Origin: Selaginella moellendorffii
Taxonomy: Eukaryota; Plantae; Lycopodiophyta
DNA length: 64,000 nucleotides
Assembly (NCBI RefSeq): GCF_000143415.4
Contig: NW_003314290.1
Coordinates: forward strand, 1,284,932 to 1,348,931
Direction: 5' to 3'
Shown here: positions 12,176 to 26,337 of the stretch, piece after piece
How the letters are laid out: each line of letters begins with the position of its first letter
Numbering within the stretch: the first letter of the stretch is position 1
Notes under the pieces: model-generated
Told to the model about the DNA's origin: nothing
What the model saw: the letters and a program-made list of their open reading frames with translations, nothing else
Databases searched by the model: none
Made by a program: the position numbers and the translations under genes

Positions 12176-13201
12176 AAAGCCGGAGAAGAGAGAAAAGGTT
12201 TTAGTAAGTTCGCAGTCTCTACAATCTCTGGCGCCATAGCTTTTCCCGGTGGTGATCCGTTAGACTGGAGCTCTTTTTTCTTCTCTGACCCCAAGTTGGT
12301 AGCTTGCACAGAAAAAATGCTGCTCTCTGTGCTCCCTGCCGCCCCCTGTAAAGATCAAAACACCGAGAAAAGAAAAGAGTGGATTGGAAAAAAAAAAAAA
12401 AAGTAGAGCAAAACAATGGCCCCTGTTCCCCGGGAAGAGTATCATACTTTACACGAGCTTCAGTACTCGGTCTTTGTACGGGGTTGAATTATGGGGAGGC
12501 GAGCTTCCTGTGGATTTGGGGAGGCGCTTTTATGTAAGTTATGAAAAGAAAGAGAGGAGAGAGAGAGAAAATGGCATGAGGATTCACAATCGAAGAAATC
12601 TTTTCTTTTTAATTTTCTTTTGTAGGTTTCTACAATTCCGAAGTTTCTAAGATACAAACGAGAAAAAGTAAAAGCCAGGAAAACAATCAGCCTTCTTTTT
12701 CTCCTTGGTTTGGTCACTGACCTTTGTCTGAATTTCAAAGCTGCAGAGAGGTCCAAGCAACCAATAAAAAACAAACCAACCTTAAGTCAATAAATGGTGG
12801 AAAGGAAATTCCTACGAACTTCAAGAACTCTAGCTGGGTCTAAAACGATCTTTGAAACTTCGACTTATCTTCTTGAAGACCAAACTCCTTGTCTGAATTG
12901 AAGTTTGAACCAGAAGGAAAGCTAGTGAATTTGATAAGAAATTTATTTGTATGGTTTTTGCTTGTTCTGGTGTTTCAAAAGTAATGTCTAAATTATAAAT
13001 AACGGAAGCACGAGAAATGCTTTCTACTCATGCAAGCCTCGCTGTTCAAAGCCAAAAAGCAAGCGCTAACCATGGAAAATGCAAAGGAAACCAACCCAGA
13101 GCGCTTCTATACAAGAGCTTGAATCATTCACCAGCTTTGCGTTCTTTGAGGTTTTTTCGTACAGGCTGCCTGGTATGCTGCTATGAAACACACAAAAGTT
13201 C

Positions 13202-13835
13202 TTACCAGTAGCCATCGGCTCTTCCCTTGAATCCAATCTGGCCGAAAGTGAGCGTGATGAATAGTCCCAGATGCCACAAGATCATCCACAACCTGGGTAA
13301 GCAAACGAAGCAAATTCATCCATTTGCAACAAAGGAAAAAAGGAGAAAAGAGAAAGTTCTTTACTTACCAGAATGGCGAGGTTAGAGCTGGGCCTGTAGG
13401 CCAGTGAGCAAGCTCGGGACCAATGCTACCGAAAAACAGGCCAGTCAGGCTATCGCCGTTGATGGCTGGGATGCTCGATGGTGCTAGCCACCCGATCAAT
13501 CCAAATCCAATCACTGAGAGATCGGTACGCAACCAGTCTCCACGAAAGCTGTCCCAAGGAAGAGGATAAGAGTTCTACGAGAAATCACAAATTACCATGT
13601 AACACGAGACATGCAGGGCTTCAGTCGAAGAGCATTCGGGGAGGCATTGGCATTGTGGACGAATGCTACACATAAAAGAAAAGCTCAGTGCTTATAACTC
13701 GAAGAGAGGACCAGTACCTGAAGTAAGATGAACTCTCGAGGATGAAGATCTCTTCACTGCTTTGAGTGAAGATCCACCGAGGCCAGCGACTGGAGTGGAC
13801 AATGTGGCAGCAGCACTGGTAGTAGCAGCGGCCAT
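13202..13835 (-). CDS. PSAO: Photosystem I subunit O precursor, exons 13835-13718, 13665-13596, 13548-13369, 13292-13202
   Basis: Spliced product has a transit peptide followed by CFRGDWLRTDLSVIGFGLIGWLAPSSIPAINGDSLTGLFFGSIGPELAHWPTGPALTSPFWLWMILWHLGLFITLTFGQIGFKGRADGYW, which matches plant PsaO. Confidence 0.96.
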
Positions 13836-14073
13836 GGCACTATAGTTCTGCGACAAACTCAAAAAACTTTGGAGAGTAGAACTTCTTCCAGAGAGATTGG
13901 CCCCGACGCGTGGCAAGCGCACACTGGCCAGCAACACCTTTCTCTCGTCTGGATAAGCGCCACATCAGCGCCAATCTCACCCGCGCAATCTGCTAGAATC
14001 TCAGCCGTATATATAACAACAGAAAGAAAAAGAAGTTATACAGACCAGCTTCACTACAAACTCTTTATATCTG

Positions 14074-16339
<2,266 letters not shown>

Positions 16340-19218
16340 AATCGCTTCTCCCGCGCCCGGCCGGACCCGAAATCGATCGATCGATCGCCGGCTGCTCGCT
16401 AGAGGCGCATTCTTGCTGCGAATCACGATACCCTCGCCCCGCGGCGCCGCTTGGCGAGCGCCAAAAGCTCCGTGAGAAAGAGATGACCTAGACTAGGGTG
16501 AGTACGATACGTGGGAACGCTCGCTATGGACTCTCCGGCTCGCACGAGAAAAATGCTTTTACAAAAGGAAGAAAAGCAATATGTACCAATGACGTGGAGG
16601 CTGTTCTGTCCATCTGGCGCCACGCAGCCGTCCATTCGAAGACCGAAGGAAAATACAAAACACCACCCATAGATTCACATTACATTACATTAGAGGCTCT
16701 TTCTAAAGGTTATGAGGGCATCCGATGTGAGCAATTTTCGCTTGAAGCAAGGGTGTGGATAGATCAAAGCTTTCAATGTCTACTTTATCTAGGCGCTAGG
16801 GTGCCATGGTGCGCCATAGCAGCATTGAAATTTTTATGCCATCAGTTTTTCTTTGCTTGAAATTATGTTTGTAAATGGTAAATGTTTCACTGAATCTTAT
16901 AAATGAATATGCTAGTATGTTAGTGTTAAGCATCAACCAAATATGGAATTACAATGTTTAAATGGTACTATTATGCAATATTAGGTCAGCTGTTAAGAGC
17001 ATGCTCATCAGTAAAAATATTTGAGATAAAGGTTTTTCTAATAAATATAACATATACAACTTTAAATGACAATATTAATTCCAATAATTTTTAAAATATT
17101 CTAATGATGCTGTATACTAATATTAGTGTAATAAAATTTTGGTAACCATCATATTAGTTTCAATCTGGACCCCTCACTTTTATATATAAACTAAAGTTTT
17201 TAGGTTAATTAATATGCACATTTTTGTATTTCATTTTCATTTTCCATGCACTCACATTGGTGGAGATGAAGGGCAATTTTGATCATCCCTAAAGAGTGTT
17301 AAGATTTGGGATTTTAGTTTAAATTTAATTTTTTGCATTATCTAGATCTCCTTTTTCTTATAATTTTTCTCCTTCTTCTCATTCATCTTCATAGTAGAGC
17401 CACAACCTCCTCCTCCTTTAACTCTGGAGCAATAATTGGTGCAATTGTTCAATTCTATATGGTTACAAATTGAATAATCAAACTCAATTGATAATAGCAT
17501 TCATGCCATATGGTACAACTTTTTTTGCTTTTGTTACTAATCCTTGAGTCCAGCTAGAGTTCTTTCATGGGAATCTTGGGGATGATATGTACTATTGGTT
17601 CAATCACTTCATAGTAATTGTTATATATCATTCTTGGGATGATGCTTGGCTTTTGCATAAATTTCCTATGTGTCTCCAAGAGATGGCATTACAATGGCAC
17701 AATAGTTTAAGTGCAACCACTTATGAGGATTGAAGTGTTCTCCCAAATGTCTTTAAATGCATATTTGGATATGCTTATGTAGTGCATTTTATCTCTCTCC
17801 CCTTAAGCCAACTAAAAAAAGGGCAATTATTTAATGAAAGAGCCCTTAATAGTTATTTTATCCCTATTTATCCCCCAAGGTTCCCCTCTTCAGAAATATT
17901 AATGTCTTCATTGACTATTGACTAATAACCCTTACTAAGCCAAGGGGAACCTATACCTCCATTTCCGCATTAAACCTACTGATCCACAATGACAATATAT
18001 CCAAATCTCATTCCATGATTACATGCACTACATTTAAACCCTTAAGCCAATTGGAAAAGGGGCAATTGCTTGATAAAAGAGCCCTTAATGGTTATTTTAT
18101 CCCTATTTATTCCCAAGGTTCCAAAGATTCAGGATGACAATATATTCAAATCTCATCCCATGATCACATATGCTACAGTCAACAATTGTAATGATGCCTT
18201 CCAATAATTGCATCATCTTTGTTAAAGGCCATTTGAGTCTATAATGCAATTTAACATTCATTTTCGAAGCATCTTGCTTTATGTGAAGTCTAATATGTCA
18301 GAGTGGATCAAGTTGGGAATGTTATGGCTAACATATTATCAAGATTTTGTAAGATTTGTGCATGCACTTGCTCTAGCCACCTTTAATAATATTTTTTTAC
18401 TTAGCACAATTATGATATGCTACCTCTTTCACTTTTTGTTACACATCCTTTAGCTCCACTTTCTATGAAAGGTGGTCTTGTTTTAATAGAGGTTGACGTT
18501 GCTGCTACCCGAGTTCAAGGACAAGAGCAAGGACGTGGTCATGGCTATGATGTTTGCTACTGGGCATGTGATGAAGTTTGTCACACTTATTAGCGTTGTC
18601 AGCATTTTCCAGATTGATAACCTCCATTTCCTGGGCATCAACAGCATCCTATTAAGTGTTGTTAAAGTAGAAGGTCTAGACACCAAGATGCTTTCAGAAA
18701 TTGAGGAGTTGCAAGAGTAGTAAAGGGTCCTTGCAAAAATAAATCAATGATCCCTCCATTTTTTTTGGGAGTATTATCAAAGGGTTCATTTGGCACCAGT
18801 TCATTCAATATTTATTTTTTAAACTCGTTTTTATAATAAGAGGTCTTTTATTTTTCTCTCTATATTGGTTGATATAGACTCGAATTTATCTTCTATTACT
18901 CAGCCTGTTGTCATACATTGCTGTCTACACTTGCATCATGTGGTAGAGCCAATTTTCATTATATATGGCAACGGCCATATACACGTATGTGTATAGGATG
19001 AGGTGGACTTAGTTGTGTTTGTGGGCAATCTTGAGTTTAAGTTATAGTCATTGTGGGTGGTGTTGAGTCAAGCTTTTGACCTTGCAATGCAATTATGCTA
19101 AATGTATCTTTGAGGCTTCTCCCCTTTGTTTCATACTTTTTGATATTTCCTTTAGTCCTCTCACTTTTGTTCCTCTCTATCCCTTTGTTTTTACCTTTGT
19201 TTCCATCACTTTAGTTTC

Positions 19219-22200
19219 TGTAGCGCATTTGAATTTGGAGCCAAACTCTAGGCCCGTTGCGCTACGAACGAGGGTCCGGTACAATCCCACGAGCACCAGC
19301 TCCCCGTATCCAGCACTTACACACAAAATGGTGTCAGACGGAGTCTGGCACAATTTTGGCATATTGGTGGCCTAACGCGAGGAGGGTACCCCACCGACTA
19401 GAGCAACGTGGAGCTTGGACTTAGACCCAAGCCAGACGTAGAACAAGGAGCGACACAGTCTAGCAGGAGCCAAACTAATGTCTTAGGTGGTCGGACATAC
19501 ATTCCAACCACTATCCTTATTATACATTTGGAACCCCCCACAGCCCCCCTCCCTTTGAGGAACACACGCTTTGGGCTTTCACCCCAAGCCTCCCTTAGTA
19601 CCAGGAGTTAATCTCTGGGACAAGCTCGAAACTTACTAAATATGGAATGGTGCTAGATTGCGAATTTGGACTCAGGATGAACACCATTGTGTTCAGGCTG
19701 ACCTCTACATTCCGTAGATATGCCAAATGAGCAAATCTAGACACTTTCTATAAATAGCATTTGGGACCGAAATAAGACTAACACAAAGGGCATGATAGCG
19801 AGGGTGTTTGGCAGACATGGTAAGCTATCATCCGGCGATATTGAGGGACTAGTCTCAATACGCGAGGGTTCTTGTCACTAGCCAGTGCAAGACATAACGA
19901 GACGAGAACTCCTTACTAGGCTAACTATGCTTAGCTAATAGCACGAAGGAATTCTGTCCTTATGCTCGTCCGGTCTAAGTACACTCGAAATGCCCAGTTA
20001 ACTCCACTAGCACAAGAGGGGCTACTAAAGGGATCCAACTGGACCGATCTCCTGCCGTCATGGCAGTAAAGAAAGAGTGTCCGTAAGGACTGGTCGACAA
20101 ATATCTTTCGATACCCAAAGTCACATTTGCGACACTCTCCCCCCCTTGAAGAAGATCGACGTCCTCATCGATGCATACCCGAGTCTAGCAAACCGTCAAG
20201 GAAACAACTCCGAAAGTTAACGGAAGCACACTATGTGGGAAACACACCGACTTAAATGAGTTATGGAACGACCTCTCCTCTACGTCCAAAGACGTTAAGA
20301 CTCAGACACCCTCCGGCCATCACCGACAAGGAAATGACTAATGGAGTTAGCCACCCTTGCTGCTCTAAGTACCACTCGGCTTACAAAGGAATGATACATC
20401 CCTGCCCGTAGGGACATAGGGAGAAGGCCAGAGGCCCAACTACCCCTAAGCAAGAAATCAACCTCGTCGGGAAGATTTAGACAACTATTATAAACTGGCA
20501 GATTAAATTGTTTACACGACCACGCCCCTTTTCGAAAATGAGTCATCGAGAGAGAGGCGGGGACTTGTAATCAGTCTATAATAGTTATCCCCATGGTTAT
20601 GGATTGGACCCATGCACCGAAGTGTTGAAGTCAGCTTGCCAAAACTGACCCAAGTACGAATGAATGAAAGAAACGACACTTTGATTGATAGAAATATATT
20701 ACTTTATTGATTTGCAAGATTTATTACAAGGTTTTTACAAGAATTAGTCTTTATTACTGTTCTTATACTCTATGACAAGCTCACGAGCGTGTCTAAGATT
20801 ACTAAGAGGCTCCTAAGTTGATTCACAAGTTGGGTAACTTTTCCATTTAACTAGATATTCCTTCATACGATCCCGTCTCTGGAATTGGGAATCCAAGATA
20901 GTTTCCACTTCGTATTCTGGTTCACCATCCACAACGTCTGGTGGCGGACAAATCTCCCTTTGACGTGCAACATCCATAGTGTAAGGAGCCAATAGATTGG
21001 CATGAAATACATTATGAACATTGGACATCTCCGCAGGCAAATCCAACCGATAGGATACATCACCAATGTGTTTTAGCACCCGATAGGGTCCAATATATCT
21101 CGGCAAGAGCTTCCAAGACAAAGAACCCTTAATGTTCAAGTTTTGGGAAGATAACCACACCTGATCTCCCACTTGATAGGATACATCCCGAAAATGCTGA
21201 TCCTTATCACGTTGATACCTATCCTGAGCTTTGCCCATCGCCTCAGTAGCTCTAGACCAACCTTGGCGTAGCTGCTCCGCATAAGTTTCAATGGCTGGGA
21301 CCAACACTTCGGTCATTGGTTTCAGTACAATGATCTGTTGAGGAACCCCATGAGCATTTCCTTGCAGCATCTCCCATGGAGAACAGCCTATAGCGCTGTG
21401 AAATGTGTTGTTATAACATATTTCTGCTGTATCCAAATGTTCAACTCAGTTGCATTGGTCCGTCGCGACATAGTACCGTAGATAATCCTCAATTTGAGCA
21501 TTCACGCGTTCGGTCTACCCATCAGTTTGAGGATGATAAGCCGTACTAAACTTCACTTGGTACCGAACAACTGGAACAGTGTGCCCCAAAACTTCCATGT
21601 AAACCTCGAATCTCTATCCGAGATCATCTATTCAGGAAGACCACAAACCCGCACTACTTCATGGAAAAAGAGCTTTGCTGCTTGTTTTGCATTTACTGTT
21701 CCCACAGTTGGAATGAAATGTGCAATCTTCGACAACCAATCCACAACCACCATCAAAGTATCATAACCCTTAGATTTCAACAAGCAAGTGATGAAATCAA
21801 GTGTCACACTCTGAAATGGCCATGCCAGTGCTAGAATGCATTGCAACTTTCTAGCCTGCTGCTCAGCTCTGCGCTTACATTGCTGGCATATAGGGCAGGA
21901 ACAGATATAGTCCGCTACATCACCTTCCATACTAGACCAAAAAAATCCCTTTTTCAACGAAGCCAGAGTCTTTCATTGTCCACCATGTCCTGCTACTGGA
22001 ACATCATGATGTTCCCGCAAAAATAACTATTGAAGATCCTTAGAGGGAAGATACAATCTTTCTTGCTTATAGAATATAAGCCCATCCCGAACTAAGAAGT
22101 GAAGCTTTGCATTAGTGCGACTAGAAACTTTCCTACTTCGCTACCAGGGCTCGGCCTCAACAACCCCGCATAGCATAGGATTGCCTTCGCCAATGGATCA

Positions 22201-25200
22201 CTTCCATATGAAGCCCGAACGTCCTCCAACTAGTCTGAACTGATTGCCGATATTGCCCGAAATTGAGCTTGATGACTGAACGCATCTGGAACAATATTGT
22301 CTTTACCAGGTTTATATATAATTTCAATATTATATCTAGCAAGCTTCTCTTGCCAACGAGCTTGCTTCGGTGTAAGCTTAGGCTGCGTAGCAAAGTAGTT
22401 TAGTGTGTTATTATCCGTATAAACCTTGGTAAGTCCACCCAAGTAGTGTCTCCAGTGTTCCAGGGCCGACACTATAGCAAACATCTCTTTCTCATGCGTT
22501 GGCCATCTTTGTTGAGTTTCATCCAATTTCTTGGAATAGAACGCAACGGGACAACCATGTCGCCTTAGCGTAACACCAACCGTTTTGTCACAATTTTGTT
22601 GCAACACGGCACCAATAGCATAGCTAGAAGCATCACAATGCACTTCGAAGGGTTTATCAAGATCTGGGATCCTAAGAACAAGAATTGTAGTCAAGATTTC
22701 CTTCAACCGTACAAAAGCACGCTGACAAGCTAGTGTCCAGTGAAATGGAATACTACTCTTCGTCAACTCAGTCAACGGAAGAGCAATTCTTACAAAATTG
22801 CGGACAAACTTGCGATAGTATCCAATCAAACCAAGAAAGGAACGAACATTTGATACAATGGTCGGGACTTCCCAAGACTTCACGGCTTCCATCTTCTTTG
22901 GATCGACTTCAATCACGCCACCACCAACTATATGTCCGAGAAAGTTTATGCGCAATTGACCAAAAGCACATTTACTTTCCTTAGCATACAGTTTGTGTTC
23001 GCACAACTTCTGAAACACCAGCTCCAAGTGTTTCAAATGATCCTCCAACGTTTCACTAAAGACTAGAACATCGTCGATATACAGGACAACAAATGCATCC
23101 AAATAATCTCCAAATATTCTATCCATCATAGTGCTGAATGTTGCTGGAGCATTGCATAACCCGAACGGCATGACAAGGAACTCATAAGATCCGTACCGAG
23201 TCTTAAAGGCTGTCTTCTCCACATCCTGATCTGCCACCCATATCTAATGATACCCAGACTGCAAATCAAGTCGCGTAAAATACTTAGCCTTTAAGAGTTG
23301 GTCAAACAAATCATTAATGCGAGGCAAAAGATAATTGTTCTTGACCGTGATCTTGTTGAGTGCCCGATAGTCAATAAACATCCTCATGGTTCCATCTTTT
23401 TTCATAATGAAAAGGACCAACACTCCATAAAGTGACTTGCTTGGTTGGATATGACCTTTGTCAAAAAGCTCCGTGAGTTGCTTCTTGAGTTCAGGCATCT
23501 CCTTGATGTTCAACCGATATGGAGCTTTCGTAGGTGGTTTAGAACCCAGAATAACCTCAATTCGATGATCAACCTCACGGTTAAGAGGTAACCTTAGCGG
23601 CAAATCCTTCGAGAAGATATTCTGATTCCGCGCCAACAACTCCAATATCCTCTTTGGTACAAGATCAACCCCGTCACCAATTCGAACTGAGTCACCAACA
23701 CCCTCAGCTTCCATCACTTGAACCCACTAGGTCCGACATCCCTTCTTAGCTGCTTTTTGAGTGGCCCTCGCAGTCAGGAATTTTGCATCCCAATCCTTTG
23801 AGGAATGCTTTTGCAACTAGAAGGACACATCGGGACGTCCTTCGGACTTCAAAATGATACGACTTTGTCCAACACCATAAATCCCTTTTATATATTTGTT
23901 GAAGAAGTCCATACCAAACACCATCTGAAAATCTGGTATCTTCAACACTACCAAGTCCACTCTTTCTTTCCACTTGGATATCTTTATTTGGAACATCACT
24001 CACAAACTTTCTGGCTATTTGCCCACCTTCCGCAACCCGGAAGTGCATAGGCAACATTTTCTCAGCATTCAATCCTAACAACTTAACTAAGTCTTCAGAT
24101 ATCACGTTGTGCGTAGCTCCCGTGTCAATCATCACTCAGATTCGGTGTCCACAAACAAAGCTTACCAAATACATCAACAGATTAGTGTTTGCATTGATTG
24201 CAAGAAAAGCTTGAGGAAAGCAACTAGAGTTACTCACCTCTTCTTCCTCATAGTTTGCATTGACCAACTCGTCAACCCCTTTAGTTTCACCACCACCATC
24301 TTCCCTCATGATATTAACATAAGACCTTGTCTTATGCTTATTGGGACATTCCGAGGACCTATGTCCCGACTCTCCACAATGGAAGCAATGACCCACACTA
24401 CCCGTTCCACTAGGCGCAGGTTTTGTAGGTTGCTGCTGCTTGTACCCACCAGGAGGAGGAACAGAGGGCCTAGGACCAGAAGAAGTTGGTGGTCTCCAAC
24501 CACCACCACCTTTGTTAACCGTTGCTTGTGAGCCTCCAGAGCGGAATCTGCCTTCCACCCTCTATTTCTGATCACCTTGTTTATTCCCAGAATTCCTATT
24601 CTTATTCGAGTTACCAGCATGTGGCTGCTGATATTGTTCTATGAGTGAATGGCTAAAGGCAACTTGCTGCACTACCTCCTTACACTCCAGAACGTCTTCG
24701 GCTTAAACTTCAAGATCTCATTGCGAGAAAATGAACTTAAACCCTCTAGAAAATAACTCTGAGCATCTTCATCACTCATATTTGCAATCATAATGCGCTT
24801 CTGAGCAAATGCATTAACATAATGCATGAGATCCCCTCACTGCTTTAACCGCCGCAACTCTGTGCGAAGTCTCAGACCAAGATCATCCGGCAAGTATTCC
24901 TTACGGATACGAGACCGCATCTTGGTCCAACTTCTAGTCTGCCCTTTTTCAGCACACACTTGGCGCCACCAAGTTTTGGCATGATCGGTAAGAAAGGATT
25001 GCACGCACGCAACTTTCGTACGATCATCTATGTCTGCCGCTATGAAATAGTTTTCCATATCGTAGACCCAGTCCTTCAAAACTTGATAGTCCCGCATGCC
25101 TTTGAAGTTGGGTGGTTTCGGAGGCTTGAACTTTGAAACTCGTGCAACCGGGGGCGGCTGCAAAACTTCATCGTCCTCAGAACTTGAAGAGGAGTCCGGT

Positions 25201-26337
25201 TGCTTAGGCTTAGCTGGTTTAGCTGCCTCAGCTTCTTTCTTCCTCTTCTTGTTCTCCTTTTTCAATTTGCGAATCTCCCTTCGCAAATTCTCGATCTCGA
25301 CTTCCTGAGCCATACACTGCAATGCCGCAGCACCTAGCTCTTCGTCTTCCGACTCAGCCTCAGCCTCTTTCGTAGCATCTCTAGCAGAAGTTTCCTCCTC
25401 TTGATTCGCCCGTCTAGAGGTTTCAGCGTCATCAATATGGTTCCTCTTCACCATCCTGCTAGCTGCATGCATGCCTCTATCAGTAACTGAACATGCATAC
25501 AACGTTCTTACCGAATGGTGCTATCCAACTAATCATACACAGGTCATTTTAGATCTACTAGAAAAGTCTCTGCGTATGCAACTTGAATCAGAAAATCTGA
25601 CAAAAGTTGGATAGGAATCGCTGAGACAATTCCTCTAATACCAAATGTAACGCACCTGAATTTAGAGCCGAACTCCAAGCCCGTTGCGCTACGAACAAGG
25701 GTCCAGTACAATCCCACGAGCACCAACTCCCCGTATCCAACACCTGCACACAAAATGGTGTCAGATGGAGTCTGGCACAATTTTACTTAGACCCAAACTA
25801 GACACAAAACAAAGAGTGACACAACCTAGCGGGAGCCAAACTAATGTCTTAGGTGGTCGGACATGCATTCTAACCACTATCCCTACTATACATTTGGAAC
25901 CCCCCACAGCCCCTCCCCCCAAATGCCAAATAAGTGAATCTAGACACTTTCCATAAATAGCATTTGGGACCGAAATGAGACTAACACAAAGGGCATGATA
26001 GCGAGGGTGTTTGGCAGACACGGTAAGCTATCATCCGGCAATATTGACGGACTAGTCTCAATACGCGAGGGTTCTTGTCACTAACCAGTGCAAGACATAA
26101 CGAGACGGGAACTCTTTACCGGGCTAAGTATGCTTAGCTAATAGCACATAAGAATTCTGTCCTTATGCTCATCTGGTCTAAGTACACTCGAAATGCCCAA
26201 TTAACTCCACTAACACAAAAGGGGCTACTAAAGGGATCCAACTGTACCGATCTCCTGCTGTCATGGTAGTAAGGAAAGAGTGTTCGTAAGGATTGGTCGA
26301 CAAGTATCTTTCGATACCCAAAGTCACATTTGCAACA
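19219..26337 (-). mobile_element. Nested Ty3/gypsy chromovirus, full length, with 5-bp TSD GTTTC
   Basis: LTRs 19219-20134 and 25646-26337 (TG...CA). TSD GTTTC at 19214-19218 and 26338-26342. tRNA-Met-type PBS (plus strand CTCTAATACCA, ~25633-25643) and PPT at ~20135-20148. Gag with CFHCGESGHRSSEC knuckle, protease IDTGATHN, RT YIDD, RNase H DAS, integrase, chromodomain YEVETILDS...EYLVKWKSY. Confidence 0.96.
20770..25502 (-). pseudogene. gag-pol of the nested chromovirus, interrupted by stops and frameshifts
   Basis: Fragmented ORFs 24837-25502, 24136-24558, 23746-24135, 23244-23717, 22230-23237, 21628-21957 and 20813-21436 fall in gag-PR-RT-RH-INT-CHD order. Confidence 0.92.
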
